A stretch of 62,180 bases of DNA, the filler included. It is 5 parts of 5 records of this genome, joined end to end, with 100 filler letters (N's around TTAATTAATTAA, not from the genome) between each part and the next. Parts side by side here need not be neighbours in the genome. Positions count along the whole stretch, not along the records: positions 6,829 to 37,909 come from SRR31156797_27653; 4 more parts are not named here. One strand, written 5' to 3'. The notes below the pieces were generated by a model. The model did no database searches, was not told the origin of the DNA, and was given only the letters and a program-made list of their open reading frames with translations. Below are positions 17,101 through 23,511 of this stretch, piece by piece; positions within the stretch are counted from its first letter, which is position 1, and each line of letters opens with the position of its first letter. The position numbers were made by a program, and so were the translations under genes.

Positions 17101-19440
17101 GGCGGATCCCCTTCCCAGGGGATGGCTTTCCGTCTTCTTTCTGCTAACCCCGTCGTAGGTGAAGGTGCTTTCATTGCCCATGGCATCGGTGACCTTTAAG
17201 AGGTTTCCGGAACTGTCATATTCGTATGTTGTTACACCGCCTTTGGCGTCTGTCTTTGTGAGCCGCTGACCGTAGCCATCGTAGGTGAAGGTCGTGGTGT
17301 TGTTTAACGGGTCCGTGATTGTGAGCAGGTTTCCCTCGGTGTCATAGGTGAAGGTGGTCGTGTTACTTTTGGCATCGGTCTTGCTCAAGGGGTTGTTATT
17401 GGCGTCATAAGTGGCGGATGTCTTGTGCCCCAGCGGGTCCGTTTTGGTCTGGACGTTTCCGTTGCCGTCGTTTTGGTAAGCGGTCACATTTCCGTTCTTG
17501 TCGGTAACTTTGGACAGGCTCCCCCGTTCGTTATATTCATAATAGGCGGAAAATCCTAAGGGGTCCTTTTCTCGAATCAGCCTCAGAAAATCATCATAAT
17601 AATGATAAGAACTGCTGCCGTTGGGATGGACGATCTGGGTGGTACGGGTGGAAACATCATAGCTGTAGAGGGTCTCATTGCCGAGGGCATCCCGCTGGCT
17701 GGCAATCACACGGCGCTGATCGTCGTAGACGTTCGAGTAGACGGCATTCTCCTTGGGATCCGTGAGGGTCAGCATCTGATGATTTTCATCATAGGTGTAA
17801 ACCGTGGTCTTGCCGTCCAGATTGGTGGAAGTGTTTAGATTTCCGTTGAGATCATAGGTAAAGGTAACGGATCTACCGATGGGATCCAGAATACGGGTAA
17901 TGCGGTCCTCCGCATCATATGAAAAGTCGATATCCCGTCCTACCGTATCCGTAATGTGGGTCAGAATGCCATTGGTATACGTAAAGGTCAGTCTGTTTCC
18001 ATTTTCATCCTCTATGGCGGAAAGGTGGTTGGCGGCATTAAAATGGTATTGGATCATATCCTTTCGAAGGACCGTAAAGGTGCCGTCAGGATTTTCCACA
18101 AGGGTATCGTAGACGCCTTTCATGGGCGTATATCCTTCTGTTTCGTCATAGGTCCAGGTGGCCGCATTGCCATCTCCCCACCGAACGGTGACCTCATTTT
18201 TCGATCCGATTGAAAGGGACACATTATAGTTGTGTGTCCATCCGTAACTCAAAGGTCCGTCCCGATCATCCTGGGAATTGTAGGTCCGGTCGAATCCGAA
18301 GGGGAGGCCTCGCCCCGGTATCTCAAGGTCCGTTACAGCGTAAAAGAAATTACCGGTGGCTGTATTCACCGAATCTACGCTGTAGCCGGCGAAGGTGTCC
18401 CCGCCAAAGGTGCTTTCCGCCTTTGTGAGGACGATGTCATGAGCAATACTGTTTTTACAAAGGGTAAGCGCTTTCTGATAGGTCACATATCCCGGACTCG
18501 GGGTGGTAATGGAGACGATTTCGTAGTTGCCGGGTGCCATAGATGAAAAGCGGTATTGTCCGTCAATATCCGTTGCAGCGGTAGCGCCGTTGTCAAGGGT
18601 TATGACCGCCAGCGGCATGGGTTCATCGAACAATCCATCTTTAACAACGCCTGAAATGGACATATTGGTCCCGTTGCAGACAATGTAATCTTCGGTTGAG
18701 ATTGCCCCTGCGTTTCCCGCCTCATCTTGAGCAAAGGTTTTGACGGTGGCGTCATCGGTGAGCGTGATAGGCGATGTATATACGGGTGAACCGGTTGTGG
18801 GGTCTGTATTGTCGGTGGTGTAATAGATCGTCGCTGTTTCGCTGGCGGTCAGTGTGACCTGTGGCTTTTGCATGTACGTGCCGCCGGCGGGTGAAATCGT
18901 AACGGCGGGCGCAGTCATGTCCAGTATGATCGAATCGCTGCACACACCGGACCAATCGCCCAGTCCGTTTTTGTAGGTGGCGTATACGGTCCGTTCCCCT
19001 TCGTTTGAGACCAGGGTCCAGTCTTTTGTCGGGGAGTAGGCTTCAGGAGCCGACCAGCTGACGCCGTTGTTGGAGAATTTCATTTGAGCACAACCGCTCT
19101 TATGACCGCAAATAAGGCTTAAAGTGACGTCTGTGCTGTTGGTGGCCGGTTCGTCATTGTTGATGAAAATGCCGGACAGCATGTGGTTTTGGGGAGCTAA
19201 CGCCTGACCCGTGAGGCTGTAGCTGGAGCCGGACATCATACCGGTGGGCTGAATGCTGATGACGTCCGAGGCTATCTGATAAGTGGAGGAGGACCTCATC
19301 CCGCTTCCCTGGTTTTGAGAAATGGATGAGACGGTGTAATTGGAACTGGCCATGGCCGCGAGAGCAGGGGGGGGAATGAGAAGCACAAAGAAAGAAATGG
19401 CATAGCAGATAATCTTGAAATGGAGATTTCGTTGGCTCAT
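14200..19440 (-). CDS. RHS/YD-repeat protein with signal peptide, Ig-like stalk, DUF6531-like domain, RHS core and variable C-terminal domain
   Basis: Signal peptide ...PPPALA; IYYTTDNTDPT (Fn3-associated/chitobiase-like); DSVNTATGNF...RTYNS; dozens of YD repeats; core LYFMRARYYDP...NLYSYANNNPNSAIDPNG (DPNG at 14989-15000). Confidence 0.93.
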   Translation of the reverse strand: MSQRNLHFKIICYAISFFVLLIPPPALAAMASSNYTVSSISQNQGSGMRSSSTYQIASDVISIQPTGMMSGSSYSLTGQALAPQNHMLSGIFINNDEPATNSTDVTLSLICGHKSGCAQMKFSNNGVSWSAPEAYSPTKDWTLVSNEGERTVYATYKNGLGDWSGVCSDSIILDMTAPAVTISPAGGTYMQKPQVTLTASETATIYYTTDNTDPTTGSPVYTSPITLTDDATVKTFAQDEAGNAGAISTEDYIVCNGTNMSISGVVKDGLFDEPMPLAVITLDNGATAATDIDGQYRFSSMAPGNYEIVSITTPSPGYVTYQKALTLCKNSIAHDIVLTKAESTFGGDTFAGYSVDSVNTATGNFFYAVTDLEIPGRGLPFGFDRTYNSQDDRDGPLSYGWTHNYNVSLSIGSKNEVTVRWGDGNAATWTYDETEGYTPMKGVYDTLVENPDGTFTVLRKDMIQYHFNAANHLSAIEDENGNRLTFTYTNGILTHITDTVGRDIDFSYDAEDRITRILDPIGRSVTFTYDLNGNLNTSTNLDGKTTVYTYDENHQMLTLTDPKENAVYSNVYDDQRRVIASQRDALGNETLYSYDVSTRTTQIVHPNGSSSYHYYDDFLRLIREKDPLGFSAYYEYNERGSLSKVTDKNGNVTAYQNDGNGNVQTKTDPLGHKTSATYDANNNPLSKTDAKSNTTTFTYDTEGNLLTITDPLNNTTTFTYDGYGQRLTKTDAKGGVTTYEYDSSGNLLKVTDAMGNESTFTYDGVSRKKTESHPLGRGSAYEYDSLNRLTSVVDALGGTVSFTYDDNGNKTEHTDANGNSTTFGYDAKNRLISETTPLNETETYTYDSMDRRTDVTNRRGKVTSVVYDEAGNVIQQRDADGNVVRNQYDANGNLISATDANGYTTTFKYDDLNRLTKVTNPFGDFTSRTYDENGNLLTTTDPTGKTTRYAYDILNRLVSTTDPLNHVTTSTYDKLGRLVKVTDPKGNETLYEYDALGRLIKVTDTASGTVEATYDALGNRTSLTDTRGNVTNYTYDKLNRLIQVTDPLGNTKQMHYDPVGNLIALVEPDGTSTRTYTYDANNRFKTLSYPDAGTVVSSYQYDANGNRLTVTDSMGTTSYAYNNRDALSSVADIFGKTIGYMYDPNGNRTVIQYPGANRKVTYSYDKLDRLSTVQDWNYVQTSYQYDQSGRLIQTDMGNGATVHYTYDDAGRLVSKVDRDPNGDVIASYDMTLDENGNRTAMTATQPLSPTVEAADVAFAHDEGNQLLSANDTTFVYDGKGNRISRKDGEITTQYAYDYRNMLTRVSDGTHVQEYGYNSDGHRLKATRDGVETRYLLDLNAGMENILAEMDGSNNISKYFVHGDGLLYSIDASTGIPVYYHYDTVGSTVALTDHSGNITDQYAYLPFGEAARSEGVYENPFTYVGKYGVMAEPNGLYFMRARYYDPGIKRFLSFDPIFGGINNSQRLNLYSYANNNPNSAIDPNGEIALAVIIIGVAAFTAAIWGPPLITALVGSEEMKKEAFSKKGLQISALSIVTPLSEIFRHPDNLKRAFKTLDYYKKGSGLDSNNSDNNLEIGGDPDNDCDGCELITTSNRTSAMARSSEFHFPVPQITKTTLKESLSDTNASQPKENKESGTSKRIDRSLVFSYASSYYMSEFSKLLNSNVINNQARSYIESRIYREVAARSQTRYRTSEKDKMLMDIRHNAGNLYRSFTQTLSKYSVLVKDLSEIPNVNSLNVNRRGVYAN

Positions 19441-19542
19441 GTCCTGTTGTGTCTCACGGTATCAGCAATTATTAAAGAATCTCGATGAGAAAGCTCAAAA
19501 ACTGGGCCACATGATGCAATTTAAATCATTGCTCGCGGGTAA

Positions 19543-20616
19543 TTATTTGACCCGCATTATCCATACCATGCCTGAAATTGGGCATGGATTGGTGCCGTTT
19601 AGGTTGGGAATTACATAGTTATTATAAACGCTTTCATCATCCAGCAGCGTCTGACCGTTCATTTCAACCCAGTCGGAGGAAAGTGGGGGCGTTCTTCCAA
19701 TGGTGTACGAGCACTGCGTAGAAATTGCCGTAGCTTCCTGAAATGATACCTGGGTCGAGCTGTCCACAGAAGAGATCTTTGCCCAGAGCTTCTCATTGGG
19801 ACTGAAGTTGATAGTCCGATCACTGATACTCAGTGATCCTTGCTGTATGGAGACCTTCCATACCGGTTTTGCGGGATTGGGATTATTGCGGGTTCTTTCC
19901 TGCCAGGTTGAATTACTTTCACCAATATTATGTTCGAATTGAGTTCCATCAGCATAATAGAAATAGAGAAAAGCTTCACATTGCCCGCTACATGCTGTCC
20001 TTAGCGTGACACTATCTACAAGAAGTCCTAGAATATGATCATCGGAAAAAATGGCCTCTAATGGATCAGTTGGGTAGGAAATCATGCAGGATTTACCAGC
20101 TGCGTCACTTTGGAAGGATGCGGTCCCGTCGATAAGCGTCTTGTTGGTGCACCCTGTAACATTTCCTGAGTAAAGGGATTCTGTTGTTTTCAACCAATTT
20201 GTAATTGTTCCAACAGGTACTTCTTCATGCTCGACCTCTTCGGCCCAATATGCGTGCGCCCCGCTTGTTATCCTCTGTCTCGGCGTCATTTCGGAATCGG
20301 ATCCCACTTTGACACCAAGATACAGTGTTTCGCCTTTTAAAACCGATGACGTTAATGGTTGAACAGTACCCAGTCTCACATTAAACAGCCCATCTGACAC
20401 CTGAACTGTTTGAACTTCGCTCCATTGGGCCGTACCGCCGCTTCCCGAATCATAGATGGAAAATGTCATTTCCAAGGAAGTGTTATTCACCGGATTGCCG
20501 CTTGCGTCGTTCAGCATACCCTGGTAGCTGATGAGGTTCGCCCCAGCATAGCAATAGGAGGAAAAATGAAAGAGGCAAAACAATAGCCAAAAAAAGATAA
20601 CAGAAAACTTTTTCAT
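19543..20616 (-). CDS. Secreted fibre/adhesin-like protein with N-terminal ISYQG...PRQR domain and an interrupted tail-collar-like domain
   Basis: Signal peptide; ISYQGMLNDASG...GLFNVRLG...EMTPRQRITS; VPVGTITNW...DWVEMNGQTL...IPNLNG...WIMRVK. SD AAGGTGAG before ATG 20616. Confidence 0.7.
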   Translation of the reverse strand: MKKFSVIFFWLLFCLFHFSSYCYAGANLISYQGMLNDASGNPVNNTSLEMTFSIYDSGSGGTAQWSEVQTVQVSDGLFNVRLGTVQPLTSSVLKGETLYLGVKVGSDSEMTPRQRITSGAHAYWAEEVEHEEVPVGTITNWLKTTESLYSGNVTGCTNKTLIDGTASFQSDAAGKSCMISYPTDPLEAIFSDDHILGLLVDSVTLRTACSGQCEAFLYFYYADGTQFEHNIGESNSTWQERTRNNPNPAKPVWKVSIQQGSLSISDRTINFSPNEKLWAKISSVDSSTQVSFQEATAISTQCSYTIGRTPPLSSDWVEMNGQTLLDDESVYNNYVIPNLNGTNPCPISGMVWIMRVK

Positions 20617-20999
20617 CGGACTCACCTTAAGCATATCTCAGAACATTGACCATTTTAACAAATTAAAATTAGGGTTTGCGCGCACACTCAAACGAAATTG
20701 AATGCCTGCCCTGTATTGGTGTCCCAACAAATCTAAAAAGAAAATGAAATGTATCTCAAAACTTTTCCGTATGTCAAGCATGCTTTCTTTTTGATAATAG
20801 TGACTAAAATTTAGACCCATATCCACCTTTTTGATGTTGTTTTCACAACAATGTTTACCAATAAAAGCTCCAAATCAGAGTTGTCAAAGCATTCAAAAAG
20901 TGTCCGGTTTTGGCCGGGGGAATCATCTGATCAAAGAACACACATTACTGTAAACTCAGAAACAATTCGTTTTGAACTGCCTCCCAAAGGATGCTGGTA

Positions 21000-21251
21000 T
21001 CAGAGTTCTATCAAACCGATTCCCATTGCCACTGCCACGGCATGTGACCTGTTTCGCGCGTTAAGCTTTCGAATGATGTTTTTTATGTGAAAATTCACTA
21101 CGCTCTCACTTCTTTCCAGAATTACCGATATTTCCCATGACGTTTTTCCTTCTTTCAACCAGTTGAGGATCTCCAGTTCCCTTTGGGTCAAGTGAGGCGC
21201 TTTGATTCGTTTTTTGTTTTTCAAGAGACTTTTATGCGACGATTTCTGCAT
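21000..21251 (-). CDS. Stand-alone LuxR/GerE-type helix-turn-helix protein
   Basis: LTQRELEILNWLKEGKTSWEISVILERSESVVNFHIKNIIRKLNARNRSHAV; GGAGGAG upstream. Confidence 0.85.
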   Translation of the reverse strand: MQKSSHKSLLKNKKRIKAPHLTQRELEILNWLKEGKTSWEISVILERSESVVNFHIKNIIRKLNARNRSHAVAVAMGIGLIEL

Positions 21252-21326
21252 GACCGGAGATACTCCTCCCTGCGCATGCCGAGGGTCACTTTGTCGTTGC
21301 GCATTGGGGTACGCACCAAATAGAGG

Positions 21327-21375
21327 AATATATACTGAAATGGAATGGTCTTGTAACCTACCAAAAATAGTAGGA
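21327..21375 (-). promoter_or_regulatory. lux-box-like palindrome abutting a putative -35, with a -10 downstream (promoter of HTH-only luxR)
   Basis: ACCTACCAAAAATAGTAGGA (21356-21375) fits NNCT-N12-AGNN with CCTAC/GTAGG arms. On the minus strand TTACAA (21356-21351) is followed by TATATA/TATATT at 21334-21327. Confidence 0.65.
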
Positions 21376-21464
21376 AGCCATTTATTTCGGATCAGTATCG
21401 GGAAGTCCGAATAACGGGGAATTTCTATCGTTTTCCTAACCTTTCCCGCGCGGACTCAGATTAT

Positions 21465-22220
21465 CTATAATGATATCAATCCGTTTTGAATTGACAACGC
21501 TACGGCATGCGTTCTGTTCATTGCATTCAGTTTTCTAAGAATGTTCTTTATATGAAAATTTACAGTGTTTTCGCTAATGCTTAATATATTGGATATGTCC
21601 CATGATGACTTTCCGTCTTTCAGCCATTCTAATATTTCTCGTTCTCGGTTTGTTATTTTAAATTTACTGATACTGATATCAATATCTAAAAAACGCCTTA
21701 TCACTTCAGCAAAATGAGGGACAATACATTTGATTATGACTCTAGTCCTATTATCGTTATCGATATTCTTTCCGGAACATGATAGGCTTGACCCATATCT
21801 TAATTGTGGATCAAGAACACCATATGTTACGCCTTTATAAAGGCCATGGTCTTTGAGATCCGTTATAGGCGCTGTGTTATATGTTTTTGGATCTCTTTTT
21901 TCCAATTCTGACCAATTCACAACATCACGCGTCAACAATACCTCTTTAAGTACCGGATCTATCAGGTAGTATCCTTTTGACATATATCTTTCAATAAAAC
22001 CTTCAGGATAGTTTAGATTGATGGGAACACCAGGATTATTTCCATCTTCATTATCTACTGGATTGAGTAACCCGCAAAATGCCGCATCAAATGGAATCAA
22101 TGAATTTAACTTCAATACAAGAGATGTGAATTCAGATTGACGTTTGCATGTGGTTAGACCATATATTATTTCCAGTAAGGTTAACGCATCATTCTTGGAA
22201 AGCCATTTTTTGATATCCAT
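21465..22220 (-). CDS. LuxR-family regulator with autoinducer-binding domain (no adjacent luxI)
   Basis: NYPEGFIERY...IDPV...VNWS...HGL signal-binding motifs plus C-terminal HTH ITNREREILEWLKDGKSSWDIS. Confidence 0.9.
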   Translation of the reverse strand: MDIKKWLSKNDALTLLEIIYGLTTCKRQSEFTSLVLKLNSLIPFDAAFCGLLNPVDNEDGNNPGVPINLNYPEGFIERYMSKGYYLIDPVLKEVLLTRDVVNWSELEKRDPKTYNTAPITDLKDHGLYKGVTYGVLDPQLRYGSSLSCSGKNIDNDNRTRVIIKCIVPHFAEVIRRFLDIDISISKFKITNREREILEWLKDGKSSWDISNILSISENTVNFHIKNILRKLNAMNRTHAVALSIQNGLISL

Positions 22221-22372
22221 ATTAGGATCCTTGACCGATACCTATAGCCCTTTCTCTACCCCGAAACCCGGAAACTGCGGCATGAGAATAGCGCATGAAA
22301 CCCAAAACAATCCGAATGCATTTGTTCAATTGACTACAGGGCAGAGATCAAAATGGAAACCATTTACGGTTT

Positions 22373-23134
22373 CTACTTTCCGGCGATTACGAAATTATCA
22401 TTGCCAAGATAATACTTGTCGGATTTTTCGTAAATTCTTGGAAAACCACCTGCTTTTACCAACTCGACAAATTCCTCTAAACTGCATAAGAGGCAGCGCC
22501 CTTCTTTCTGCTTTGTACTGATATCCTTATTCACCCTCTTCATCTGGTCATTTCTTTTCAGAAATGAAAGCGTTTCCTTAAACCCGTAGGTTTTGAAAGT
22601 ATGAAAAAGGCAGTATGGTATCCAATTCCACATTCTTGAAATCCGATTAACGTCGGAAATGAGAAACCTTGAGTTCGTATCGTCATCCATATGCCTGCTA
22701 ATATCTTTCAATACTTTCAGCGTGGCGGCCGATTTCAGCCTCCCTGTGGTGTATAGCGTATGAATCATCATCACATGCGTAAATGGGCGGGCGTACCTTT
22801 CCGCCAAATCGGTTATGTCGGATAAGATATCGGCACAAACGATGTCCAGGTTCTTGAGGCCGTATCGCGACACTTTCTCACGGGCCTGTTTGAGCATGCC
22901 TTCCGAGGAATCAACCAGAACGACTCTTGACCGGGGATACATTTGGGCAATGGGTATGGAGAAGTTCCCTGTTCCACCACCAATATCAGCAATCAGGGCG
23001 TCCGGCCGTACCCTGAATCTACGGAAAGACTCGGCAACCTTCTTAACCAAGGCGACATACGCAGGGTTTGATCCAGCCATGGTTACGGCATCATACTGCT
23101 CCGCACATCGATCCCAATCAACTTCAATTCCCAC
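22373..23134 (-). CDS. Class I SAM-dependent methyltransferase
   Basis: IADIGGGTGNF motif I, VLVDSSEGML motif II; GTG start with AGGAAAGGA SD. Confidence 0.85.
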   Translation of the reverse strand: MGIEVDWDRCAEQYDAVTMAGSNPAYVALVKKVAESFRRFRVRPDALIADIGGGTGNFSIPIAQMYPRSRVVLVDSSEGMLKQAREKVSRYGLKNLDIVCADILSDITDLAERYARPFTHVMMIHTLYTTGRLKSAATLKVLKDISRHMDDDTNSRFLISDVNRISRMWNWIPYCLFHTFKTYGFKETLSFLKRNDQMKRVNKDISTKQKEGRCLLCSLEEFVELVKAGGFPRIYEKSDKYYLGNDNFVIAGK

Positions 23135-23511
23135 TCGAACAACGTCCTTTCCTAAAGAGTGTCTGACCCGGACATTCGCACTTTACAAAAGCCATCACTT
23201 GAGAAGGTTCGTCAAACGCCCCATCGCATCGACCAGATCCGGTTGAGTCGCTCTCAGCCTCGAATCCCCGACACAAGGAGATTCATAGAATAAATGTGTT
23301 CTTGAGTTATCACGGGTGATGCACGCTTACGTCTTCCCTCAATTGTCTTTTCACTCTCCTCTCAAGGGAGACGTGCCCGGATATTCCGGTCTTCCCTTCC
23401 CTCGTTTCCGCGGGAAAGGGCATGACGGTAGGTTCCTCCGTATTCAATCCGCCACAGCCTTGCCGTTAACCTGATATTTACAAATCAAGATGTAACTCCC
23501 AGCGCTCGAGG

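Noticed and set aside
15300-18100. Quasi-periodic repeats (gtcgta/gtcata/ggatccgt) suggesting a CRISPR array or DNA repeat
   Set aside because: They are codons of protein YD repeats in one open frame; there are no identical repeats with unique spacers.
20638-21090. Short ORFs 20638-20826 (-) and 20851-21090 (+) as possible RHS immunity genes
   Set aside because: No SD or recognisable features; they lie upstream rather than downstream of the RHS tip, and one overlaps luxR in antisense.
23215-23275. TPP-riboswitch-like string on the minus strand (GGGG...GGCTGAGAG...ACCGGATCTGG..ATGC)
   Set aside because: Lacks the ACCC and CCTGA elements, the P5 stem cannot pair, and the downstream gene is unrelated to thiamine.
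12033-23511. Island as a prophage or integrative element
   Set aside because: No integrase, transposase, tRNA or flanking direct repeats were seen; the only phage-like part is a collar-like domain in a signal-peptide protein.
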